Shown here: in pieces, positions 1 through 10,686 of the stretch | Layout of the letters: the number at the start of each line of letters is the position of its first letter | Position numbering within the stretch: the first letter of the stretch is position 1 | Source of the DNA: an uncultured Planctomycetaceae bacterium | GTDB taxonomy: Bacteria; Planctomycetota; Planctomycetia; Isosphaerales; Isosphaeraceae | DNA: 64,000 nucleotides | NCBI GenBank assembly: GCA_963833985.1 | Contig: CAWIAD010000001.1 | Location: 2,048,001 to 2,112,000, forward strand | Direction: 5' to 3' | Position numbers and translations under genes: made by a program | Notes under the pieces: generated by a model | The model's input: only the letters and a program-made list of their open reading frames with translations | Databases searched by the model: none | What the model was told of the DNA's origin: nothing

Positions 1-106
1 GAGGGGAACAGCAGGGAATGGCTACAGATCGCGCGGGAATGGGAAGTAAGGAGACGATGACAAGCATGAAGAGGGGTATCTCACCGCACGCAAAGGTTTG
101 CCAGCC

Positions 107-136
107 GGTGGGTTGCGCTGCGCTGACCCACCCTAC
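107..136 (-). repeat. REP-like palindrome (GTAG-headed)
   Basis: Minus strand reads GTAG-GGTGGGTCAGCGCAGCGCAACCCACC: a GTAG tetranucleotide followed by an imperfect hairpin, typical of RAYT-associated REPs; intergenic. Confidence 0.65.
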
Positions 137-402
137 GAGTGGTGCTCCGCGCGTTTCTCAGAGTATCCTGAACGAAGCCAATGATCTGGCGACGCAAGTT
201 GATAGTGACAAAGAAGATGCGGGCGTTGCGGAGCGAAACTGCCGGCCAGAACGAACCCAATCCAGGAACTGCGGGAAGGGGGACGAGAGAGACGGGGAAC
301 GGAAGTATGGCCAGCGCTGCACGCTGCGGGACACGGAAGGGAAGCAGAAAAGGAGAGCAAACCAGCCCGGCGGAAGCGGGGCACGCGAGCGCGCGGCCGT
401 CG

Positions 403-1362
403 CTACTGAGCCTCTTGCTTCGTGATGACGTCGTCCGATGGGCGAATTGAGGTCACGTCGAGCCGGCGCAGGAGCGCGGTATTGGCTCGGGCGTTCGTCC
501 TTGCCGTCTCGGCCGGGACGTGGTCGGGGCTGGGGTGGTCGATCCGGTGGCAGAGACGGTTCAGAGCATGACCAAGCACAATGGGCGACCAGTCGCCAAG
601 CACGTCGGCGCCGGCAATCCGGCCCTGCGCGAAGGCAAGGAAGACCTCCAGCAGCGTCAGGGCGTCCGCCAGGCGCAACAGGCCGGAATCCCAGTTCACG
701 GCGGCGTGCTCGGGGATGAGCACATCCTTGTCGACCGAGATATACAGCGGCCAGCGTCCCAGGTCCTCCCGGTAAGGAGTCAGAAGAGCGGACAGGTGCT
801 CGCGGTCCACACCGTTCTCTCCCAGCAGGGGATGAACCTGGTTCTTCTTCCAGCGTCCGCGCTGGAAAGGCCGCGCCGCGGGGAAGACCACCATGCGGCC
901 CGCTTCGATGTCGCTCCAGGGGGCCAGCCAGCGGTAGGCGTTGTCGAAATCGAGTTCTCCCCCGCAATGAAAGACGCGCTGGAGGTTCGGCAGCTCGAGC
1001 GCGTGCCGCAGCCAGGTGCCGCAGTGCAGGAAGGGGATGCCCCGCATCCAGTCGGGATGCTTGTCCAGGACCAGCAGGTTAAACGGCGTCGTCTGGCGTT
1101 CCAGCAAGGCCAGCGTGACGTGGTGAAAGTCTCCAGAGCCGTAGAGCACGACGGAGGCTGCCGCGCCCGAGACCTTGTCGCCCCCCAGCGCGGCATGGAG
1201 CCAGCGGCGAAAGCCCCGGTAGCGGCGAAACGAGCAGGCCAGGCGGACCTGCGGCCCCCAGGACCGTGCGTCGATGGGCGGAAGATCCGGGTCTGGCAGC
1301 AGACCGGCCTGGGCAGTCACGCCGCCATCGAGATCGAGGACACGCACGATCACGCTTCGCAT
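403..1362 (-). CDS. Arginase/ureohydrolase-fold protein
   Basis: Motifs YGSGDFHH, LVLDKHPD, LHCGTW and YISVDKDVL match the ureohydrolase metal-binding pattern. ATG at 1362 has GAAGGGG upstream; the ORF track extends to 1458. Confidence 0.75.
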   Translation of the reverse strand: MRSVIVRVLDLDGGVTAQAGLLPDPDLPPIDARSWGPQVRLACSFRRYRGFRRWLHAALGGDKVSGAAASVVLYGSGDFHHVTLALLERQTTPFNLLVLDKHPDWMRGIPFLHCGTWLRHALELPNLQRVFHCGGELDFDNAYRWLAPWSDIEAGRMVVFPAARPFQRGRWKKNQVHPLLGENGVDREHLSALLTPYREDLGRWPLYISVDKDVLIPEHAAVNWDSGLLRLADALTLLEVFLAFAQGRIAGADVLGDWSPIVLGHALNRLCHRIDHPSPDHVPAETARTNARANTALLRRLDVTSIRPSDDVITKQEAQ

Positions 1363-1528
1363 CCGTCTCGCCCCTTCCAGCCCGCGCACCTTGCTCGAAC
1401 TGCACAACCCGAACCTGAAAAACCCTATGTCCGTAAGTATCGGCATGTGTCGCGTCAAGAAGTTGGGAGGCGCGACCGAATGAAAAGGTTGTCTCTGGTC
1501 TTCCCCTCCTCGAACCGGGGTTTCATGG

Positions 1529-2299
1529 ATGAGCCTGACGTTCGTGGGAATCCTGGTTCCGTGCCTCCTTGCGCAGGTGCCGGTGACCGGGTCTTATCTA
1601 TGCCAGCCCGCCCACGCTCGCGACTGGGAGCTGCGCGGGCCTGCCGAAGCGTACGCCCCGCAGGCAGGCGACATCTTCCTGGCCACCGACCAGCGGCTCT
1701 GGTTCCGCTGGGGCCACCTGATTGCCGGTGCCAACGGCGTGCACCATTCGGGAATCGTCATCATCCTGCCCGACGGCACGCCGCGAATCATCGAGGCGGG
1801 TCCCTTCAACAAGATGCGTGTCGAGACGCTGAACCCGTATCAGCACATGCGCACGCATTGCGCGCTGGGCGACCGGGTGTGGGTGCGCCGGCGCAGGGTT
1901 CCGCTCACGCCCGAGCAGTCGGCGCGGTTGACCGCATTCGCCCTAGCGCAGGAAGGCAAGCCGTTCGCCCTGGCGCGGTGGTTCGGGCAGTTGACTCCGC
2001 TGCGGGTGCGCGGACCGATCAAGACCTGGTTCGTTGGCGAGCCGTGCGGCAGCCGGCCGAGGTGGTTCTGTTCGGAGCTGGTCACGGAATGCTGCGTGGC
2101 CGCGGGAATCTGGAGCCACCAGGCGGCCAGGCCGTCGGCCACCTACCCGAGCGACCTGTTCTGGGGGCGTTCGTTCAATCTCTACCTGAACTTTCATCTC
2201 GACGAGCTGGAACAAGGCTGGTATCCGCCGGCGCGGTGGGTGCCGGAGCCGGTGGGCCCGGTGGTGGAAGTGCCGGTTCAGGCGACGCCCCAGCACTAA
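1529..2299 (+). CDS. Permuted papain-like amidase (YaeF/YiiX-like, NlpC/P60 superfamily), probably exported
   Basis: Order GD (PQAGDIFL), His (HHSGIV), IIEAGP, then Cys (WFCSELV) is the circularly permuted catalytic arrangement; hydrophobic N-terminus. Confidence 0.75.
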   Translation: MSLTFVGILVPCLLAQVPVTGSYLCQPAHARDWELRGPAEAYAPQAGDIFLATDQRLWFRWGHLIAGANGVHHSGIVIILPDGTPRIIEAGPFNKMRVETLNPYQHMRTHCALGDRVWVRRRRVPLTPEQSARLTAFALAQEGKPFALARWFGQLTPLRVRGPIKTWFVGEPCGSRPRWFCSELVTECCVAAGIWSHQAARPSATYPSDLFWGRSFNLYLNFHLDELEQGWYPPARWVPEPVGPVVEVPVQATPQH

Positions 2300-3903
2300 A
2301 GAGCCCCGCCGGTGAGCACTTCCATGGCGGCGTTGCGGCCGTTGATGCCGATCACGCTGCCGCCGGGATGCGTGCAGGCGCCGCACAGGAAGACGCCGGG
2401 CATTGGCGTGCGGGGAGAGAGCCGCTTCTCCCACATGTACGCCGGCAGGCACTCCCCCTGGAAGATGTGGCCGCCGGCAAGGCCGACCTCCTGCTCGATG
2501 TCCGGCGGGCCCAGCACCTGGACCGCCTCGACCGATTCGAGAAAACCGTCGCAGAACCGGGCGATCGAGTCGAGGGCCAGTTGCTTGACCTCCTCGCGCC
2601 GGCTGTCCCAGTCGCCCTCGGCGAAGGTGTGCGGCACGTACTGGGCAAAGACGCTCATCGTCTGCACGCCGGCCGGGGCCACCGACGGATCGTGCACGGT
2701 CTGGAAGTACAGCTCGGTCCAGAGCCTGGCGGGGAGGCGGCCGCTCCGGGCCGCGGCAAAGCCGGCCGCCCACTCCGCTTTCGAGAGCGGCGTATTGATC
2801 TGCCCCTTGTGATGGTCCATGAGCGTTCCCGGCCGGGCGCGGAAATTCGGCAGATGCCTGAGCACCACGTTCAGCTTCACGGTGCAGCCCTGCTGCGGAA
2901 TCTGCTCCACGCGGTGCTTCCAGCCGGTGTCGGCGTCCGCGCCCAGCATCCGCAGCGTGGTGCGCGGGTCGGCATTGGAGATCACGTTGCGGGCCTCGAT
3001 GCGCTCGCCCCCCTCCAGCTCGACGCCCTGCCCGGGCAGGATGCGCGCCACCGGAACGCCGGTCGCGACCACGGCTCCCAGGTCACGCGCGATGTCGCAG
3101 AGGATGAACGACACCATGCCCATGCCGCCCCGGACGTAGCCCCACATGCCCGGCGTTCCCCCGAGCCGGCCGGACTGGTGGTGGAAGTGGATCGAGGCGG
3201 TCCCCGGATCGTGCGGACTGGCGTTGGTGCCGATCACCCCCTGTCCCAGGTAGGCCTGCTGCAACCGCTCGTCCTGGAAGTAATGCTCGACACAGTCCAC
3301 CATCGACCACTCGAAGAGCATGTGGCGGGCTTCGGTGTCGCCCCCGAGCCGCTCCTCGATCTGTTCGATGGTCGGCGCCTTGCCCACCCACAGGTCCCCC
3401 TCGCCGGGGGGCCGCAGCGCATCGCGCAACCGCGCCTTGACCTCACCGAAGTCGCGCCAGCCGTCGACGTCGACGGCGGAGAGGCGGCGGACCTCGCGCT
3501 CGCAGCGCTCGTCGTCGTCCCAGAGCTGAATGCTCGAACCGTCCTCGAAGGGCACGAACAGACCGGCCGTGGCGGGATACCACTCGAACCCGTATCCCGG
3601 CATGTTCAGCTCGTCAATGACCAGCGGATGAAGCAGGCCCACGAGGTAGGCGCAAGGGGAGATGAGGAAACCCGGCCAGGGCTCGCCGACGGTGCAGGCG
3701 CCCCCCACGCGAGCACGCGCTTCCAGCACCAGAACTTGCTGGCCGGACCTGGCCAGGTACGCCGCGCACGCCAGTCCGTTGTGCCCGGCGCCAACAACGA
3801 TGCTGTCCCAGCGCCGTGCCGCCAGCTCGCGCAGGGGTGCCTCCAGCGGCAGTTTTCCCAGGGTGTCGCGCGTGCCGCGGCTTCCAACAGGTGTCCCGGC
3901 CAT
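2296..3903 (-). CDS. FAD-dependent oxidoreductase, phytoene desaturase-like (PYROXD2-like) family
   Basis: VVGAGHNGL Rossmann motif, VLEARARVGGA, GYVRGGMG and C-terminal RTPMPGVFLCGACTHPGGSVIGINGRNAA. Confidence 0.9.
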   Translation of the reverse strand: MAGTPVGSRGTRDTLGKLPLEAPLRELAARRWDSIVVGAGHNGLACAAYLARSGQQVLVLEARARVGGACTVGEPWPGFLISPCAYLVGLLHPLVIDELNMPGYGFEWYPATAGLFVPFEDGSSIQLWDDDERCEREVRRLSAVDVDGWRDFGEVKARLRDALRPPGEGDLWVGKAPTIEQIEERLGGDTEARHMLFEWSMVDCVEHYFQDERLQQAYLGQGVIGTNASPHDPGTASIHFHHQSGRLGGTPGMWGYVRGGMGMVSFILCDIARDLGAVVATGVPVARILPGQGVELEGGERIEARNVISNADPRTTLRMLGADADTGWKHRVEQIPQQGCTVKLNVVLRHLPNFRARPGTLMDHHKGQINTPLSKAEWAAGFAAARSGRLPARLWTELYFQTVHDPSVAPAGVQTMSVFAQYVPHTFAEGDWDSRREEVKQLALDSIARFCDGFLESVEAVQVLGPPDIEQEVGLAGGHIFQGECLPAYMWEKRLSPRTPMPGVFLCGACTHPGGSVIGINGRNAAMEVLTGGAL

Positions 3904-4157
3904 GATCGCTAACATCCAGCAAGAAAAGAGGATCTGGCCGACCGACGAGGGCCGTCCAGCAACCTTCGGTGCTCGTCATGCCTCAAAAATACCGAGGTAC
4001 GCACGCGCTGGATACGGGGCAGCGATTCGCACCGGCTGGCCGCAATCCCGAAACAAGGCGATGGATTTTCGGCGGCGTGTTGTAGACTAAGACTACTAGA
4101 CATGCGACGACTGCTTGCTGGAACGGCGTGACCTGGCGGGAGGGTACAGTGCAAGTG

Positions 4158-5204
4158 ATGGCGACTGGCTCGGTCGTGATCAGGCTATCGGACCTCGTCG
4201 ACGGGCAGGAGGCCGTGTGCTACGCGGCCCTGGTGAAGAAGACCCGGGGCACGACGGCCCGGAGCCAGCCGTTCCTGAGGTGTCTCTTCCGCGACAAGCG
4301 GGTGAAGTACGAATCGATGCTCTGGCACGACCACAAGCTTTTCCAGAGCGCCGAGGCGTGGATCGAGGGCGAGGCCTACCGCATGGAGGTCCGCGGCAAG
4401 CACGACCTGCGGTTCGGCATGCAGATCGAGATCCTCGGGATCCGTCCTGCCGCCGATGACGACGCGGCCGAAGGCTACGACTTCTTCGATCTGGTGGAGA
4501 GCAGCCACTACGATCCTGAAAAACTGATGGCCTCGATTCTCAACAGGGTGGACAGGTACATCGCCGAGCCCCATCTCCGCGAGCTGGTCCGGACCATCCT
4601 TGGCGAGCACGAGGCGGCGTTCAGCCGCATGCCCGCGGCGCAAAGGCTGCATCATGCCTATACTTCTGGATTGCTGGAGCACGTCTGGAGCATGACCCGT
4701 GTGGCCGGAATGCTGGTCGATCACTACGCGGAGTACTACGACCGGCTCGATCCGCCGCTGGACAAGGGCGTGGTCATCGCCGCGGCGATCCTGCACGACA
4801 TCGGCAAGCTTCGCGAGCTGCGGTACCACCCCGTCGAGGCCCGGTACACGAAGGAAGGCTGCCTGGTCGGGCACGTGATGATGGGCCGAGACCTGGTGCG
4901 CGAGACGGCCCAGAAGATCGCCGGTTTTCCGGAGGAGACACTGCTTCTGCTCGAGCACGCCATCCTTTCGCATCACGGCAAGTACGAATTTGGCGCACCC
5001 GTTCTGCCCCAGACCGTTGAGGCCCTGCTGGTCTCTTACATTGATGATCTGGACGCCAAGATGAATATCGTGGTCAGGGAACGGATGGGGTCGACCACCA
5101 CCGATGAGTTCACCGATCGCGTCTACGCGCTGGACAACCGGAGGATCTACAAGGGAGTTCCGGACGATCCGGGGACCGATGGCGAGCTGGACGTGATGGA
5201 CTGA
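4158..5204 (+). CDS. YhaM-family 3'-5' exoribonuclease (OB fold + HD domain)
   Basis: N-terminal OB-like region, then PAAQRLHHAYTSGLLEH, ILHDIGK, GH, ILSHHG and IDDLDAK. Confidence 0.85.
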   Translation: MATGSVVIRLSDLVDGQEAVCYAALVKKTRGTTARSQPFLRCLFRDKRVKYESMLWHDHKLFQSAEAWIEGEAYRMEVRGKHDLRFGMQIEILGIRPAADDDAAEGYDFFDLVESSHYDPEKLMASILNRVDRYIAEPHLRELVRTILGEHEAAFSRMPAAQRLHHAYTSGLLEHVWSMTRVAGMLVDHYAEYYDRLDPPLDKGVVIAAAILHDIGKLRELRYHPVEARYTKEGCLVGHVMMGRDLVRETAQKIAGFPEETLLLLEHAILSHHGKYEFGAPVLPQTVEALLVSYIDDLDAKMNIVVRERMGSTTTDEFTDRVYALDNRRIYKGVPDDPGTDGELDVMD

Positions 5205-5352
5205 TGGCGGCAGCCCGGCGCCGGGGCGGGGCAGGAGCACGCTCTGGGCCGGCTTGGCGGATGACGGGGTCGAGCATTAGAATGGATGCTGTCTCATGGT
5301 CCGGTTTTCATCCGGCAGCGTTCGAAGCTCTTGACCCACACGAGGTTTGCAG

Positions 5353-5871
5353 ATGGATACGTGTCGCTACCTGTGGCCGCTGGCTCTGGTCGTCGGGATG
5401 GCAGGCTGTGGCGTAGAGACCAGCCCGCCCGCGGCCGGTACGACGGGGGCCGGCACCTCGCCCGGCCCTGCCGTCAGCAAGCCTGCGTCCCCGACCTCCG
5501 CAGGCCGCACTGCCGAGCCGGCCCCGCCGGTGACCAAGGGCGCCCCCTCCTCGCCCACGCCGGCGCAGGAAAACTCAGGCAAGAGCGAGGCGCCCCCGCT
5601 GGAGGGTCCAGGCACGGGCGCTACCGAAGCCGCCAGGCCGGCCGCGCTGAGCGACGCCGAGATCGCCAAGATCAAGAAGTTGCCTCCTGAAGAGGCTGAG
5701 GCTGCGCTCAAGCAGGCCGTCTGCCCCGTGAGCGGCGACCACCTGGGCCAGATGGGCGTACCGTTCAAGATCACCGCCGAGAATCGCACCTTCTATCTCT
5801 GCTGCAAGGGCTGCGTCGATGACGTCAAGGCCGACCCCAAGTCGGTCATCGCCAAGCTTGACAAGAAGTGA
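5353..5871 (+). CDS. Lipoprotein with Pro/Ala-rich linker and C-terminal YHS/TRASH-like metal-binding domain
   Basis: Lipobox-like MAGC, a long P/A/S/T linker, then CPVSG...FYLCCKGC. Confidence 0.7.
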   Translation: MDTCRYLWPLALVVGMAGCGVETSPPAAGTTGAGTSPGPAVSKPASPTSAGRTAEPAPPVTKGAPSSPTPAQENSGKSEAPPLEGPGTGATEAARPAALSDAEIAKIKKLPPEEAEAALKQAVCPVSGDHLGQMGVPFKITAENRTFYLCCKGCVDDVKADPKSVIAKLDKK

Positions 5872-6199
5872 TCCATGACGCCCCGCGCAGTTGCGGCACC
5901 CTGCCAAGTCGGAGTGCCGTGGCAGGGTGTGGCGTTTGCGATCCGACAATGTTATGATCTCGGCTTCGAGCATGGGACCTCGAAACGCTCCGAGTGCGAG
6001 CGGCTCTCCCCCGAGTCCCAGGGACGGCGTTCTCTCCCGCGCCCTGGCGAAGACCTGGCCGACCGCGATTGCCGCGGGTGAGCCCCCCCGGTATGCACGT
6101 TCACCCGCATCCCGGGGACGGTGAATTCGGCCAGCAGGTTCGCCAGCATTCCCCTCCTGAGCGGTATCCTTTCGTCTTCTGAGCAGAGGAGTGATTTCG

Positions 6200-8389
<2,190 letters not shown>

Positions 8390-8445
8390 CCGAGGGCGCC
8401 GTCCCGGACTCGATCCCGGGGCGCGTCACCTGCCTGCTCCACGCC

Positions 8446-8489
8446 GCAAGAAGCCCGGCGGGGCCCAGCGCCCTGCTCGGGCTTCTTGC
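8446..8489 (+). terminator. Probable terminator hairpin after glnA
   Basis: Perfect 12-bp inverted repeat GCAAGAAGCCCG / CGGGCTTCTTGC with a partly paired GC-rich interior; weak U-tract. Confidence 0.55.
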
Positions 8490-8834
8490 TTGAACACGTT
8501 CACCGGCACGCTCGATCGGGTAATTCGTTCAAGAGTCCAGTCCCCCCATCCGCCGATCTTCGCGGTTTCTTGGCGATCCCGCTCAACTGTCAGAGTGCTG
8601 CATCCGATCTGAGACTGTTCCCCGGCGCGTCATCCCTCCCCGCGTCTCGGCAGAGCTTACCTAACCGGAATGCTGTCCAGACAGAACAACAGAGGTACAC
8701 CGTTCGCTCCATGAGAAACGGTGTATTTCGCTCCCAAGGAGAGATCAGCCCTTCGTCGGGCAAAACCGATCCCCCGAGAATGATACCCCGGGCGGCTCAA
8801 AGAGCCCGCCTTGCTCACTTACTACGGCGTAAGC

Positions 8835-8850
8835 AGGCAGTGGGATTGCT
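8835..8850 (+). promoter_or_regulatory. Candidate sigma-54 promoter of the porin gene
   Basis: AGGCAGTGGGATTGCT is GG-N10-GC with TTGCT, about 58 nt upstream of ATG 8908. Confidence 0.5.
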
Positions 8851-8907
8851 TGCACGAAGGAATTCGCGGTGCTCAGCCTACCGTCGAAAGAACATTGGAG
8901 GTTCTCG

Positions 8908-10551
8908 ATGACGTTTCCGCCCTCAAATTTCATTCGCCGGAAGGCGATGTCCGCCATCTGGCTGGTGATCCTGGGCACTTCAGCAGTGGCACAGGACGAT
9001 CGGCCGGCAAGTCCTGATGGTTCGACCTCCGTCCAGGTCTGGTCGAAGAACTACGGTGAACCGAGACCCGCGCCAGTCACGGGTCAAATCGTGAAGCCGC
9101 CACGCAGGCCGGCTGCATCCCCCGGGGTCCGGGCTGTGCGGGCAACGGCCGCAGACATGGCCGCGCAGCCTCCGGCAGAGGGGACCCAGACCCCCTCGAG
9201 CGTTCCCCCCTCGGGCATCGCCCCCGGCGAGCCCGGATCGAACCTGACCGATCTGAACCTGCCCGCGGCAGAACGGGGCACAGGCGGCGGTGAACCGACT
9301 GCGTCCGCCACGGCGGCCGAAGAAGCGCAGGCGGAGGAAGGCAAGAAGGACGCCCGCGGGTTATTGATGAAGGCATTCGACGTGCCCGAAGATGCCAGCT
9401 GGCGGGTCTTCGGCTGGATCGAGAACAGCTTCACCGGCAATGCCAACGGCTACCACAGCGGCATCAATTTCGGCGTGAACCCGAACTTCAAGCCCGACCA
9501 GTGGATGGGCAACCAATATTACCTCATCGTGGAACGGCCGCTGAAACAGGAGGACAAGGTCACATGGGGCATGCGCATTGACAACCTGTTCGGCAATGAC
9601 TGGCAGTTCAACTACATGCAGGGTTTTCTGAACCGTGCCTTCAGGCCCGGCCAGTTCACCGGCTACGACATGGCCCAGTTCTTTGGCGAGGTTCACCTGC
9701 CGATCCTCACGAAGAACGGCTTCGACGTCCGCTTCGGGCGCTGGTACACACTGGCCGGCTACGAAGTGGTACCGGCAACAGGCCGGCCCTTGCTCTCGGT
9801 GCCTTACATGTTCAACTACGGCCAACCGTTCACTCACATTGGCCTTTTGACCACATGGCACGTCACCGACAAGATCAACCTGTTCAACGGGGCGATCAAC
9901 GGCTGGGACCGGTTCTTCAACGAGCACTACAAGTGGGGTTACATCGGAGGCTTCGCCTGGACGTCGAAGGACGAGAAGAACGCCCTGGCCTTCACGTGCG
10001 TCTGGGGGCCGAACCAGTTTCCCAGCCAGTTGCCGGGCAACCAGCCCATCTACCCCACCGGCTACGTGAATGTCCCGACCATCGCCGGCCTGCGCAATCC
10101 CGGCTATTCCCGTAACGACCGCACCCTCTTCACCACCGTGTTCACGCACAAGTGGAATGATAAGCTGACCGAGGTCATGGAAACCGACCAGGGCATGGAG
10201 CGTGCGATCCCCGGACTGGGTGCTCCCGTGGTCAATGGCATCCCCCAGAACGGAGCGGCCAAGTACGACACCTGGTACAGCTTCGGCAACTGGTTTCTGT
10301 ACAACTTCAACGACAAGCTGATGGGCGTGTGGCGTTCTGAAGTCTTCTGGGACACCAATGGCGCCCGCACCGGCAAGCTGGTCGGCGACACCTACTACGA
10401 GCAAACCGTCGGGGCCCAGATCAAGCCTTATCCCTGGCTCTGGATCCGCCCTGAGGCTCGTTACGACTGGTCGCAGTTCCACCCGGCCTACAGCAACAAC
10501 ACCCGTAAATCGCAGCTCACACTGGCGTTCGACGTGATCTTCCTGTTCTGA
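8908..10551 (+). CDS. Outer-membrane beta-barrel porin (BBP2/OmpL-like)
   Basis: GGAGG RBS, signal-like N-terminus, long low-complexity linker, GRWYTLAGYEVVP and PFTHIG motifs, amphipathic strands, C-terminal Phe (FDVIFLF). Confidence 0.8.
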   Translation: MTFPPSNFIRRKAMSAIWLVILGTSAVAQDDRPASPDGSTSVQVWSKNYGEPRPAPVTGQIVKPPRRPAASPGVRAVRATAADMAAQPPAEGTQTPSSVPPSGIAPGEPGSNLTDLNLPAAERGTGGGEPTASATAAEEAQAEEGKKDARGLLMKAFDVPEDASWRVFGWIENSFTGNANGYHSGINFGVNPNFKPDQWMGNQYYLIVERPLKQEDKVTWGMRIDNLFGNDWQFNYMQGFLNRAFRPGQFTGYDMAQFFGEVHLPILTKNGFDVRFGRWYTLAGYEVVPATGRPLLSVPYMFNYGQPFTHIGLLTTWHVTDKINLFNGAINGWDRFFNEHYKWGYIGGFAWTSKDEKNALAFTCVWGPNQFPSQLPGNQPIYPTGYVNVPTIAGLRNPGYSRNDRTLFTTVFTHKWNDKLTEVMETDQGMERAIPGLGAPVVNGIPQNGAAKYDTWYSFGNWFLYNFNDKLMGVWRSEVFWDTNGARTGKLVGDTYYEQTVGAQIKPYPWLWIRPEARYDWSQFHPAYSNNTRKSQLTLAFDVIFLF

Positions 10552-10582
10552 ACCGTGAGGTGTACCGTCCTGGAAGGATGAT

Positions 10583-10615
10583 TGCCCCGGGGTAGCGCCG
10601 CGCCGCCCCGGGGCA
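10583..10615. terminator. GC-rich hairpin between convergent genes
   Basis: Perfect 10-bp inverted repeat TGCCCCGGGG / CCCCGGGGCA between the porin and antiporter stop codons. Confidence 0.45.
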
Positions 10616-10686
10616 GGCTCACGGCGCGAGGGCCCGCGCATCCGCGGCCCCGTGCGACCGCAGGCCATGGCCACCAGGCCGGGTCA

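Noticed and set aside
1..402. Short ORFs at the window start
   Set aside because: No motif support in any frame; any gene running off the left edge cannot be called from what is visible.
2296..3903. Carotenoid or hopanoid biosynthesis cluster
   Set aside because: Only a lone desaturase-like gene; no synthase or cyclase neighbours.
520..3912. 1130-aa plus-strand ORF
   Set aside because: Antisense or off-frame shadow across three well-supported genes; no recognisable motifs; expected in high-GC DNA.
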